This document shows, in pieces, positions 26,959 to 36,464 of a DNA stretch of 45,455 bases (its first letter is position 1; the number at the start of each line of letters is the position of its first letter). A model generated the notes under the pieces. That model did not search any database. It had not been told where the DNA came from and saw only the letters and a program-made list of their open reading frames with translations. A program made the translations under genes and the position numbers. This DNA comes from Candidatus Kuenenbacteria bacterium CG08_land_8_20_14_0_20_37_23 (lineage in GTDB: Bacteria > Patescibacteriota > Patescibacteriia > UBA2196 > GWA2-42-15): NCBI GenBank assembly GCA_002778965.1, contig PEXX01000046.1, forward strand, positions 1 through 45,455, read 5' to 3'.

Positions 26959-27321
26959 ATGAAAGAAAAAATAGAAAGAAAAACCCATATCATTGACGCT
27001 TTTGGAGTTGCGCCAGGCAGGCTCGCGACGAGGATTGCCGTTCTTTTGCGCGGGAAAAATAAGACGAATTTTACTCCGCGTCTTGATCAGGGAGATAATA
27101 TAATTGTTGAGAATGTTAACAGTATGAAAATTACTGGTAATAAGATGGATAAAAAAATTTATTATAGCAATTCCATGTATCCTGGCGGATTGAAAAGCGC
27201 CAAGATGAAAGATTTGATTGCTAGCAAGGGCATGGCAGAGATTCTGCGCCATGCTGTTTATGGTATGTTACCTGCAAACAAACTCAAAAATGGAATAATG
27301 AAAAGACTTATTATAAAATAA
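26959..27321 (+). CDS. rplM: 50S ribosomal protein L13 (short form)
   Basis: HIIDAFGVAPGRLATRIAVLLRGKNK..FTP..D.GD.IIV.N...Y..SMYPGG. 120 aa. Confidence 0.88.
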   Translation: MKEKIERKTHIIDAFGVAPGRLATRIAVLLRGKNKTNFTPRLDQGDNIIVENVNSMKITGNKMDKKIYYSNSMYPGGLKSAKMKDLIASKGMAEILRHAVYGMLPANKLKNGIMKRLIIK

Positions 27322-27328
27322 TCAAACT

Positions 27329-27781
27329 ATGGCAAAGAAAGAAATCAAAAATGATGATACGCAAGAAAAAAAATCGGGAGGAAAATCTCTTGGTGATTAT
27401 TTTTATGCAGTTGGCAGACGCAAAACTGCTGTTGCTAAAGTTAAAATTTTTCCAAAAGGCAACGGACAGACGGTCGTTAACGGAAAAGACTATAAAATTT
27501 TTTTCCCTTATTTCGCTTGGCAGCAAAATTTGGAAGAGCCTTTTCTGGCAGTTGGGATGGAAAATAAATTTGATGTGAAAATAACAGTAGTCGGTTCAGG
27601 GCAACACTCGCAAGCAGAAGCTTGCCGTCTTGGTATCGCGCGCGCATTGATAAAATTTGATGCTAATTTTAAAAAAACGCTTCGCACAGCGGGATTTGTA
27701 ACACGTGATCCACGGGCTAAGGAAAGAAAGAAACCAGGCTTGAAGCGTGCTCGCCGCGCACCGCAATGGTCAAAACGTTAA
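27329..27781 (+). CDS. rpsI: 30S ribosomal protein S9
   Basis: YAVGRRKTAVAKV...GSGQHSQAEACRLGIARAL...TRDPRAKERKKPGLKRARRAPQWSKR. Confidence 0.93.
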   Translation: MAKKEIKNDDTQEKKSGGKSLGDYFYAVGRRKTAVAKVKIFPKGNGQTVVNGKDYKIFFPYFAWQQNLEEPFLAVGMENKFDVKITVVGSGQHSQAEACRLGIARALIKFDANFKKTLRTAGFVTRDPRAKERKKPGLKRARRAPQWSKR

Positions 27782-27837
27782 GTCGCTTTCTTCATATAGC
27801 AACTAGGACTTTCGCATTTGGCGCATTTTTCCGTTAA

Positions 27838-27885
27838 AACGAGTAGGGGTTTATTACAAATACGCCCCTACTCGTTTGTGTTTTG
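27838..27885 (+). terminator. Rho-independent terminator after rpsI
   Basis: 12 bp stem aacgagtagggg (27838-27849) pairs with cccctactcgtt (27865-27876), followed by a T-rich run tgtgttttg. Confidence 0.7.
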
Positions 27886-27911
27886 CTAGGAAATTGGTAG
27901 AATAAAACTGT

Positions 27912-29660
27912 ATGAGTTTCGTACGCAGAAACAAAATGATTCTGTTTTTATTGGTTTTTTGCATAGTCTTTTTTTGTATTTACTCTTATTTTAATTTGTT
28001 AATTTTCAAACGACTCTCGGATTTTAGCAAAGTTTTTGATAATGCAAATAATGGCACAGATGTTAAATTTTCGTCCCCAGATGAAACAGCCAACTATTTT
28101 TGGATTAGCCGGATTGCTCGTGGCAAGCCGCTTTATTATTTCGAAGAACTCAATGGGCTTGGCAATAATCTTGTCCATCCGCGCAGTGTTAATGCTGTTG
28201 GCGGGAAAATCGTTCCAGGCTCGTTTTTAGGGATGATCATTATTTATGGATTTTTGGCTAAAATTTTTGGCTTATGGGTAGTGCCATACTTAACTCCTTT
28301 TTTCAGTGTTTTAGGAATTGTCTTTTTTTATTTGCTAATCAAAGAAATTTTTCAAAAAAAGACAATCTCTTTGCTTGCCGCCATGCTTTTGTCTTTTATT
28401 CCTCCATGGCTGTATTACAGCAGTCGGGGAATGTACCATAACATATTGTTTATGAGTTTATTGATTATGGGGATTTATGAGTTGTTTTACATTTTTGGGA
28501 CAGGCCATATCAAGAGTTTTAAATTTAAAGTTTTAAATTTTAATTTAATTTTAAATTCTCTAATTTTAAAATATTTTTTATATTTTTTTGTCGGTTTACT
28601 GATTGGTTTGGCCATTATTACGCGCACAGCGGAAATAGTTTGGGTGGGGGTCACGGTCATTTTTATTTTTGCCTTGCATTTTAAAAAAATCCATTGGCCC
28701 GGATTTTTTTTATTTTTATGCGGATTGTATCTGCCGGCCTTGATACTCATGTATCATAATCAAATATTGTATGGCCAGGTAATCTCTGCTGGTTACCGGT
28801 CAATTATACCCGAGGGTGGGGTGGGCGAGATGGTGGACAGCGGGGTGTTATGGCAAATTTTAATCACGCCTTTTGGCTTTGATTTGAAATTAATATTAGT
28901 CAATTCCTTCAATTATTTATATAATTTCCTGCCGTATTGGTCAGCGCCAGTTGTAGTTGGCGCATTTTTATTTCTTGTATTGCCGAGTAAATCAATTCAG
29001 ATCAATTATAAAAAGAGAATAATTTATTTTGCTTATTGTTTACTGCTGACTGCTTATTTATTGATTTTTTACGGCTCATGGTCAATTACGGACCGAATTG
29101 ATCAGGCAAATTTGTCACTTGGCACTTCATATGTGCGCTATTGGTTGCCGATTTATGTAGTTTCTATGCCGTTTCTAGCGGCATTTATTTTACAGTCTTC
29201 AAACTTTTTAATTTCCAATCATTTTAAATTTAAAATTGTTTATCGCGCGGCGTTGGTATTTGCAATGATAATATTATTTTTTATGCCAAGCCTAAATCTG
29301 ACTGTGCACAAAACAGACGAGAGTTTGTTTCTGTTGAAAGGTTTGAGTGAAGTCAGGATTAAATCCGCGATAATTAATGAAATTGTGCTGGCAAACGATA
29401 TTACCGTATTATATAAGCAGGCTGATAAAATATTTTTTCCTGAGCGAAAAAAAATTATTGTTGATTTGGTGGCGCCAGCTGATTACGAAGCGCTCGCAAG
29501 ATTAATAAAACTAAGGAACATTTATTACTATACCTTCGCGCCAGCGAGCACTGTAGAATTTATTTCGAGGCGTGATTTTGAACCACATGGGATGAAGATT
29601 ATGGATGGGAAAAAAATTTTAGGTCATGATTGGATTTATAAAATAATTTGTAACAAATAA
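27912..29660 (+). CDS. GT-C fold glycosyltransferase-like membrane protein (ArnT/PMT-like)
   Basis: 582 aa with more than 10 TM helices. SPDETANYFW (an acidic DE motif) sits in the first external loop, as in GT39/GT83-type enzymes. Family call by resemblance. Possible -10 tagaat at 27898-27903, 8 nt before the ATG. Confidence 0.6.
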   Translation: MSFVRRNKMILFLLVFCIVFFCIYSYFNLLIFKRLSDFSKVFDNANNGTDVKFSSPDETANYFWISRIARGKPLYYFEELNGLGNNLVHPRSVNAVGGKIVPGSFLGMIIIYGFLAKIFGLWVVPYLTPFFSVLGIVFFYLLIKEIFQKKTISLLAAMLLSFIPPWLYYSSRGMYHNILFMSLLIMGIYELFYIFGTGHIKSFKFKVLNFNLILNSLILKYFLYFFVGLLIGLAIITRTAEIVWVGVTVIFIFALHFKKIHWPGFFLFLCGLYLPALILMYHNQILYGQVISAGYRSIIPEGGVGEMVDSGVLWQILITPFGFDLKLILVNSFNYLYNFLPYWSAPVVVGAFLFLVLPSKSIQINYKKRIIYFAYCLLLTAYLLIFYGSWSITDRIDQANLSLGTSYVRYWLPIYVVSMPFLAAFILQSSNFLISNHFKFKIVYRAALVFAMIILFFMPSLNLTVHKTDESLFLLKGLSEVRIKSAIINEIVLANDITVLYKQADKIFFPERKKIIVDLVAPADYEALARLIKLRNIYYYTFAPASTVEFISRRDFEPHGMKIMDGKKILGHDWIYKIICNK

Positions 29661-29697
29661 TTTTTTAAGTTTTAAAAATCAAAATCATCCGCTATTC

Positions 29698-30276
29698 ATG
29701 AGATATTATAAATACATCCGCATAATTTTGATTTCAATTCCTATCATTATTTTGGGTTTTTTGATATACAAATATGTTTGTCCGAGAGGGGTTTTGAAAG
29801 TGGATTATGATTTTTGTCGCGAGGATGCCTTTATTTCTAGATTTTCTCCCGGCGGGCGGGTGTTGGAAATTGAAAAATTAGATGGTTATTGCCAACAGAA
29901 GATGGTGATTGACCCGGTTTATTTTGATGTGCGCTTACCGCAAAGTTTTCGTCAGGCCGGAATTAAAATTTGGTATCAGAAAAATGATGATGTTATATTA
30001 AAAATTGGGCCAAGATTTGATTCCCATCAGTGGCTATGGGATTTAAAAAAAGTGGAGTTTTTGGAGAATGATGGCGAGTGGCAGGTGGGAGTAGTTGATT
30101 TGGATTTAAATCATGTGACAATGGAAAATAATCGGATTAGGTTTTTGGTATCGTCGCCATGGTTAGATAAGTTTGGGGAAGAGATATTGTTTAGCAGAGT
30201 GGAGATTAAATTTGAGAAACTGCCGATTGGATGGGGGAAGGTGCGAGAGAAGGTGAAAAATTTGGTAAAATTTTGA
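29698..30276 (+). CDS. Hypothetical membrane-anchored protein
   Basis: 192 aa, one N-terminal TM helix, Trp-rich soluble domain. No family recognised. Its TGA stop lies in the first bases of the repeat element at 30273. Confidence 0.5.
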   Translation: MRYYKYIRIILISIPIIILGFLIYKYVCPRGVLKVDYDFCREDAFISRFSPGGRVLEIEKLDGYCQQKMVIDPVYFDVRLPQSFRQAGIKIWYQKNDDVILKIGPRFDSHQWLWDLKKVEFLENDGEWQVGVVDLDLNHVTMENNRIRFLVSSPWLDKFGEEILFSRVEIKFEKLPIGWGKVREKVKNLVKF

Positions 30277-30402
30277 AGTATGAATTTTGAATTTTGATTC
30301 AATTTTAAGATTTCAATTCTTGAGCTTGAAGTTTATTATAGAAATAGTTTGAACTTTAAACTTCATTCTTGAATCAAAATTTGAACTTAAGACTTTAAAA
30401 TT
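30273..30402. repeat. TIR-bearing AT-rich dispersed element, copy A (intergenic)
   Basis: Left arm tgaattttgaattttgattcaa (30281-30302) and right arm ttgaatcaaaatttgaa (30369-30385) are near-perfect reverse complements. The first 30 nt match copy B at 26 of 30 positions. Confidence 0.7.
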
Positions 30403-30416
30403 AATTATATTAATAG

Positions 30417-30608
30417 ATGAGAAAGGTAATAGAAAAATTAACTGATGATATATTTTATATCTCCTTGCTAACTTGGGTGATTTATTTTATACTGGAGTTA
30501 CTTAAAGAAGGATTAGTCTCTAACTATTTTGATTTGAATTTATTGTTGATTTTTGTGATTGTATTCGCGATTATCAATTCATTTTTAAATTATGATTTTG
30601 GGCGTTAA
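30417..30608 (+). CDS. Hypothetical small membrane protein
   Basis: 63 aa with two hydrophobic helices. Overlaps the next gene by 17 nt. Could be spurious. Confidence 0.35.
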   Translation: MRKVIEKLTDDIFYISLLTWVIYFILELLKEGLVSNYFDLNLLLIFVIVFAIINSFLNYDFGR

Positions 30609-31071
30609 GATTAAAGAATTAGTTATCCGCCCTGATAAACATATCGCCAAAGAAGAGGTGGTTTTAAGGCCTGGTTTTCTTGTTGAAATATTAAGAAATG
30701 ACGATGGGTTGCTTAAGAAATTCGGGCAGACTACATTTACTGTAGCTTACAAAGGAACGATCAAGGCTTTTCATTGGCATAAAAGACAGGATGATTTATG
30801 GTTTGTCGCCAGCGGCAAGGCGTTGATAGTTCTTTATGATTTACGTGAAAATTCAAAGACTCGCGGCAAGACGCAAATTATTGAATCCGGAGAAGGCGAT
30901 TATAAATTAATTCTCATACCAAGAGGAGTTGCTCACGGCTATAAAGTGATATCAGCTGATCCGCTAATGCTTTTTTATCATACAACAGAGCCGTACAACA
31001 GAGAGAATCAAGACGAAGAGAGAATCCCGTATAATTACAAGCTGATTGACTTTGATTGGGATAAATACTAA
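30592..31071 (+). CDS. dTDP-4-dehydrorhamnose 3,5-epimerase family (RmlC-like cupin)
   Basis: 159 aa. FHWHKRQDDLWFVASGKALIVLYDLRENSKTRG...IPRGVAHGY...YHTTEPY follows the RmlC pattern (His, Lys, Tyr catalytic positions). Confidence 0.75.
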   Translation: MILGVKIKELVIRPDKHIAKEEVVLRPGFLVEILRNDDGLLKKFGQTTFTVAYKGTIKAFHWHKRQDDLWFVASGKALIVLYDLRENSKTRGKTQIIESGEGDYKLILIPRGVAHGYKVISADPLMLFYHTTEPYNRENQDEERIPYNYKLIDFDWDKY

Positions 31072-31105
31072 TTTTAAAAATTACAAAATTAAAAATTTTT
31101 ATCAT

Positions 31106-31516
31106 ATGGATTGTATTTTTTGCAAAATTATCAAAGGTGAAATACCGGCGGCTAAGATTTACGAGGACAATAATTTTTTGGCGTTTTTGGATATTAGTCC
31201 TGTTAACAAAGGCCATACTTTGGTTGTGCCAAAAGAACATTATGAGAATTTAATGGAAACTCCGGATGAATTGGTAAGAGATTTATGGGTAGTTGTAAAA
31301 AAAGTCGCGTTGGCTGTTAAAAAAACGGTTAAGGCTGACGGATTGAATTTTTGCGCTAATAATGGTCAAGCTGCCGGGCAGATAATTTTTCACACTCATA
31401 TCCATGTGATCCCGAGATTTACAAGTGATCATTTTAAAAATTGGCCTAATCAAAAATATAACAATGGCGAGATAGAAAAAGTGGCTGAAGAGATAGGAAA
31501 GAAATTAAAAAATTAA
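31106..31516 (+). CDS. HIT (histidine triad) family nucleotide hydrolase/transferase
   Basis: MDCIFCKIIKGEIPA...DISPVNKGHTLVVPK...HTHIHVIPR histidine triad. Start moved to the ATG at 31106. Confidence 0.88.
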   Translation: MDCIFCKIIKGEIPAAKIYEDNNFLAFLDISPVNKGHTLVVPKEHYENLMETPDELVRDLWVVVKKVALAVKKTVKADGLNFCANNGQAAGQIIFHTHIHVIPRFTSDHFKNWPNQKYNNGEIEKVAEEIGKKLKN

Positions 31517-31537
31517 AAAATAAAGTGAAAAAAATTT

Positions 31538-32803
31538 ATGAAAAGAATAAAATCCGATATCAAAAACATTAATTTAGCTTCCGCTGGCAATAAGCGAATT
31601 CTGTGGGCAGACAAAGATATGCCAGTGCTAGCTCAAATCAGGGCCGGTTTTAGCAAAAAAAAGCCACTAAAAGGCGTAAAACTCGCGGCTTGTCTGCACG
31701 TTACTGCTGAAACAGCGAATTTGATGCGCACTCTGAAAACAGGAGGAGCCGAAGTTGTTTTATGCGCGTCAAATCCTTTGTCAACCCAAGATGATGTTGC
31801 AGCATCTTTAGTCAAAGATTATGGCGTGAGTGTTTTCGCAATTAATAGTGAAAGCAGAAAGACTTATTACGAACATATTAATAGAGCCATTGACTTAATG
31901 CCCAATATTACAATGGATGATGGTGCTGATTTAGTCTCATTGTTTCATTCTAAAAGGACAAAAGGTATCAGCCGAATTATTGGCGGCACTGAAGAAACAA
32001 CTACTGGTGTCATTCGTTTGAAAGCGCTGGCTCTAGCAGGTAAACTTAGATATCCGATTATTGCTGTTAATAATGCTATGACAAAACATTTTTTTGACAA
32101 TCGTTATGGTACTGGCCAAAGCACTCTGGATGGTATTATTCGCCTGACAGATATTTTATTAGCAGGTAGCACTGTTGTTATCGCTGGTTATGGTTGGTGC
32201 GGTCGCGGAACAGCTCTTAAAGCTCGCGGTATGGGAGCCAATGTTATTGTTACGGAAGTAGATGAAATCAAGTCTCTGGAAGCTGTTATGGATGGGTTTC
32301 AAGTTATGCCGATGGCGACAGCCGCTCCACAAGGCGATCTGTTTATCACACTTACGGGAGATATTAATGTTATAGACAAGAAACATTTCCTAAAAATGAA
32401 ATCAGGGGCCATTATTTGCAATTCTGGCCATTTTGATGTTGAGATAAATATAGCCGGATTAAAAAAGATGGCTCACGCCCGTAAAACAGTAAAGCGTCTT
32501 GTTGATGAATATACATTAGTCGGCAATAAGAAAATTTATGTTCTCGCTGAGGGTCGGCTGGTTAATTTGGCCGGAGCCGAAGGACATCCAGCCAGCGTGA
32601 TGGATATGAGTTTCGCCAATCAAGCCTTATCATCGGAATATATTATGAAGTATTACAGAAAGTTAGAAAATAGAGTCTATACAATTCCTGAAAAAATTGA
32701 TAGAAATATCGCGCGTCTCAAACTCAAATCTATAAATATTGCGATAGACAAGCTCACTAAAGAGCAGGAAAAGTATTTGAGCAGTTGGGAGATAGGAACA
32801 TGA
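31538..32803 (+). CDS. ahcY: Adenosylhomocysteinase
   Basis: 421 aa. [43 protein letters not shown], the NAD site GYGWCGRG, and GHFDVEI. Confidence 0.92.
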   Translation: MKRIKSDIKNINLASAGNKRILWADKDMPVLAQIRAGFSKKKPLKGVKLAACLHVTAETANLMRTLKTGGAEVVLCASNPLSTQDDVAASLVKDYGVSVFAINSESRKTYYEHINRAIDLMPNITMDDGADLVSLFHSKRTKGISRIIGGTEETTTGVIRLKALALAGKLRYPIIAVNNAMTKHFFDNRYGTGQSTLDGIIRLTDILLAGSTVVIAGYGWCGRGTALKARGMGANVIVTEVDEIKSLEAVMDGFQVMPMATAAPQGDLFITLTGDINVIDKKHFLKMKSGAIICNSGHFDVEINIAGLKKMAHARKTVKRLVDEYTLVGNKKIYVLAEGRLVNLAGAEGHPASVMDMSFANQALSSEYIMKYYRKLENRVYTIPEKIDRNIARLKLKSINIAIDKLTKEQEKYLSSWEIGT

Positions 32804-32835
32804 GTTTTATTTCGCAATTTTAGAAGTTGAAAATT

Positions 32836-33798
32836 ATGAAATTGCTTGTTACCGGCGGAGCTGGTTTTATCGGCTCTAATTTCATACGTTATTGGATAAA
32901 AAATCATATTACTGATCAGATTTTAAATTTGGACAAATTGACTTATGCCGGCAATTTGGAAAATTTAGCCGATATTGAGGATAATCAAAATTATAGATTT
33001 ATTAAGGGTGATATTTGCAATAGCAAGTTAGTTGGTAAATTGATGAAAGGGATTGATATTGTAGTCCATTTTGCGGCGGAAAGCCATGTTGACAACTCAA
33101 TTACAGGATCAGACGTGTTTGTCCGAACAAACATTGTAGGCACGCATGTGTTATTGAAGTCGGCTTTGAAGAACAAGATCAAAAGATTTCATCATGTCTC
33201 AACTGATGAAGTCTTTGGCGCATTGGGCTTGGACGACAAAAACAAATTTAACGAACTGACGCTTTATCAGCCGAGTTCCCCATATTCAGCCTCAAAGGCC
33301 GGTTCTGACCACCTTGTCCGTGCATATTTTAAAACTTATGGACTGCCAGTCACGATTTCTAATTGCTCAAATAACTATGGGCCGTATCAACACATTGAGA
33401 AGTTTATACCTATATCAATAATCAGCCTGCTTAAATGCATGAAAGTGCCTGTATATGGCGATGGGCTGTATGTGCGCGACTGGCTGTATATTGAGGATCA
33501 TTGCCGGGCGATTGATTTGATTTTACAGAAAGGCAAGGTTGGGGAGACTTATTGCATAGGCGGTATGACTGATGATGTCAGCAATTTAGAAATAGTTAAA
33601 AAAATTATTAAGATTTTAGGCAAGGATGAAAGTTTTATAGAACACGTTAAAGACAGACCGGGGCATGACAGGCGCTATGCTGTGGATTGGAGTAAAATTA
33701 AAAGGGAGCTGGGATATTCTCCTAGGTTTGATCTAAATAAATATTTAGAGCAAACAGTCAGATGGTATGAGGAAAATAGAGCGTGGTGGAATAAATGA
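32836..33798 (+). CDS. rfbB: dTDP-glucose 4,6-dehydratase
   Basis: MKLLVTGGAGFIGSNF, HFAAESHVD, STDEVFG, the YSASKAGSD catalytic triad, and RPGHDRRYA. Start at the ATG at 32836. Confidence 0.92.
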   Translation: MKLLVTGGAGFIGSNFIRYWIKNHITDQILNLDKLTYAGNLENLADIEDNQNYRFIKGDICNSKLVGKLMKGIDIVVHFAAESHVDNSITGSDVFVRTNIVGTHVLLKSALKNKIKRFHHVSTDEVFGALGLDDKNKFNELTLYQPSSPYSASKAGSDHLVRAYFKTYGLPVTISNCSNNYGPYQHIEKFIPISIISLLKCMKVPVYGDGLYVRDWLYIEDHCRAIDLILQKGKVGETYCIGGMTDDVSNLEIVKKIIKILGKDESFIEHVKDRPGHDRRYAVDWSKIKRELGYSPRFDLNKYLEQTVRWYEENRAWWNK

Positions 33799-33840
33799 AT
33801 TTGAAGTAAATATTTGGAATTTTAGATATACTCTTATTTT

Positions 33841-35283
33841 ATGTGGCAAGAAACCAATTCCGTGGCGCGTAATACGACATATTATACTTCTGCTCTGATA
33901 GGGCAGAAGGTTTTGGCTTTTGTCTATTTTTCTTTTATTGCCAGGCTTTTGGGAGTTGAGGATACTGGTAAGTATACTTTTGCATTGTCATTTACCACTA
34001 TTTTTGCCATTTTTATTGATCTTGGTTTAGCGTCAGTTTTGACGCGCGAGATTGCCAAAAACAAAGAGCGTACTCAACTTTATCTTTCAAATATTTTGGC
34101 CATTAAAATTCCTCTGGCTATTTTAGTTTATATTTTGGTTTTTGGAATGATTAATATTTTAGGGTACGCGGAGCTCACGCGGCAGCTGGTCTATATTTCC
34201 GGCATTATTATGTTTTTGGATTCTTTTATTTTGAGTTTTTGGGCTGTGATGCGCGGGCATCAGCAATTAAAGTATGAAAGCATTGGAGTGCTGAGCTTGC
34301 AACTGATCACAGTAGCTCTGGGAAGCACTGTTTTGCGGCTGCATCTTGGTCTTCGGCTCCTGATTATGGCTCTGCTTTGCGGCAGCGTTTTTAATTTTGT
34401 TTTTGCTGCGGTTGTTTTGAAGCGCAAGCTCGGTTTGCGCCTAATGCCCATGTATAACCCGGAAATTTTAAAAGCGTTATTCCGTATCGGTTTGCCATTT
34501 GCCATGATGGGTATTTTTAGCCGCATATACACCTCGCTTGATACAGTGCTTTTGTCAACTCTAGCTGGCGACGCTTATGTCGGATGGTACAGCATACCAG
34601 TCAAGATTACCATGGCTTTGCAGTTTTTGCCAATGGCTTTTATGGCTGCATTATTTCCAGCGATGAGCGCTTATTTTATCAATAACCGGGAAAAATTAAA
34701 GCTGACTTTTGAAAAAGCTATGCATTATCTGATGACCATCAGTTTGCCGATCGCGGTTGGGATTATTATGCTTGCGGAACCGGTGATTGTCAGTGTGTAC
34801 ACAAAGGAATATTCAAACTCCATTTTACCTTTGAAGATTCTGATGGTAAGTTTGTTTTTTCTGTTTATCAATTTTCCAGTGGGATACTTACTGAATGCTT
34901 GCAATAAGCAGGTTACAAATACAATAAATATGGGTATAACTGTGCTTGTAAATGTGATACTCAATATTGTGCTTATTCCTAAATATACCTATGTTGGCGC
35001 GGCCGTTACGTCGCTTGTGAGTACTTTTGTGCTTTTTGTTCTTGGCATGTATTGGGTGCCTAAAATTATTGATTACAGCAAGACATATTTGTTTAATGGA
35101 CTTGCCAAGATATTTTTGGCATGTTTATTGATGGCGGTGGTTATCTATTATTTTTTGCCGCTAGTCAACTGGATATTTCTAATTCCAGTCGGAGTATTGG
35201 TATACTTTGTTGTTTTGTGGTTTATCGGCGGTGTGAGCAGGCAGGATGCGCGGGATATTTGGAATTCACTGACTGCTAAATAA
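33841..35283 (+). CDS. Oligosaccharide/polysaccharide flippase (MOP superfamily, Wzx-like)
   Basis: 480 aa, about 14 TM helices, the typical Wzx/RfbX layout, located inside the glycan locus. Confidence 0.75.
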   Translation: MWQETNSVARNTTYYTSALIGQKVLAFVYFSFIARLLGVEDTGKYTFALSFTTIFAIFIDLGLASVLTREIAKNKERTQLYLSNILAIKIPLAILVYILVFGMINILGYAELTRQLVYISGIIMFLDSFILSFWAVMRGHQQLKYESIGVLSLQLITVALGSTVLRLHLGLRLLIMALLCGSVFNFVFAAVVLKRKLGLRLMPMYNPEILKALFRIGLPFAMMGIFSRIYTSLDTVLLSTLAGDAYVGWYSIPVKITMALQFLPMAFMAALFPAMSAYFINNREKLKLTFEKAMHYLMTISLPIAVGIIMLAEPVIVSVYTKEYSNSILPLKILMVSLFFLFINFPVGYLLNACNKQVTNTINMGITVLVNVILNIVLIPKYTYVGAAVTSLVSTFVLFVLGMYWVPKIIDYSKTYLFNGLAKIFLACLLMAVVIYYFLPLVNWIFLIPVGVLVYFVVLWFIGGVSRQDARDIWNSLTAK

Positions 35284-35285
35284 AT

Positions 35286-36464
35286 ATGGAAAAAATATTG
35301 CTTATAACATTAGATTTTTTTCCCAAGATCGGAGGCGTGTCCGAGTATTATTTTAATCTATGCGAGCAATTGGCGAAAGAAAATCATGATAGCATAGTGG
35401 TATTGACAGAAAACACAAAAATACAGGAATATAAAAATATAAAAATACCAGAATATGACTTTAAAATTTATAGAAAAGATTTATCAAACGGATTTATTTG
35501 GCCGCGGTGGTTGTTGATGTTTTGGCATATTTGGCGCGTTGTTAAAAAAGAAAAAATAGAAATGTTTTGGGCTGGCGAAGTTTTGCCGACGGGAACGGCG
35601 GTCTACTGTTTGTCAAAATTATTGAAAATTCCTTATATTGTTTCCTGCCATGGCAATGATATTTTGCGGGCGAGAAAAAAATGGCGCAAAGAAAAATTGG
35701 CGCAGAGGATTTTGCAGGCGGCTAAATGGGCGACGGCAAATAGCAATTATACTCGTGGTTTAGCGGTTGATTTGGGGGTTGAGAATGAGAGGGTGCAGGT
35801 AGTATACCCTGGAATACAACTCAAAACTCAAAACTCAAAACTCAAAACCAAGGAAGAATTGATTAAAAAATATAATTTAGAGAATAAAAAAATTTTATTA
35901 TCGGTTGGGAGACTAGTTGAGAGAAAGGGCTTTGATAATGTGATACGAGCCCTGCCGAAAGTGTGGCAGGAAATACCAGAATTGGTTTATCTTATTGCCG
36001 GAAACGGATCTGACAAAGAGCGATTAGGAAAATTAAGTCAAGAGACACTCAAACAATTTAACGATTTAACAATTGAGCAATTGAGCGGTAGAATTATTTT
36101 TTTAGGGCAGGCGAGTATGGAGGATAAAGAGGAACTTTTTAGTTTGTGTGATGTTTTTATTATGCCAGCGCGCGCCAGCGCGGATGATGTTGAGGGTTTT
36201 GGCATGGTTTATTTAGAAGCTGGAAGTTTTGGCAAAGCGGTGATTGGCGGACGCGGCGGCGGAGTAAGCGAGGCCGTGGTGAATGGCGAGACTGGCGTTT
36301 TAGTTGATGGCCAAAATGTGGATGAAATTGCCGCGGCGATTATTAAATTATTTGAAGACGATAATTTTCGTAAAAAACTGGGCGACAATGGACGGAGGAG
36401 AGTTGAACAAGAATTTGGGTGGGAGAAAAGCGTGAAAAAATTTAGGGGATTGTTAAATTGCTAA
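35286..36464 (+). CDS. Group 1 (GT4) glycosyltransferase
   Basis: 392 aa. VGRLVERKGFD and the C-terminal E..GMVYLEAGSFGKAVIG...E EX7E-type motif. Confidence 0.85.
   Translation: MEKILLITLDFFPKIGGVSEYYFNLCEQLAKENHDSIVVLTENTKIQEYKNIKIPEYDFKIYRKDLSNGFIWPRWLLMFWHIWRVVKKEKIEMFWAGEVLPTGTAVYCLSKLLKIPYIVSCHGNDILRARKKWRKEKLAQRILQAAKWATANSNYTRGLAVDLGVENERVQVVYPGIQLKTQNSKLKTKEELIKKYNLENKKILLSVGRLVERKGFDNVIRALPKVWQEIPELVYLIAGNGSDKERLGKLSQETLKQFNDLTIEQLSGRIIFLGQASMEDKEELFSLCDVFIMPARASADDVEGFGMVYLEAGSFGKAVIGGRGGGVSEAVVNGETGVLVDGQNVDEIAAAIIKLFEDDNFRKKLGDNGRRRVEQEFGWEKSVKKFRGLLNC
35819..35847 (+). repeat. Tandem heptamer (ACTCAAA) x4 inside the GT4 CDS
   Basis: Four perfect units at 35819-35846 plus a partial unit. 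Translated in frame as KTQNSKLKT, in the inter-domain linker just before the GRL motif. Confidence 0.9.
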
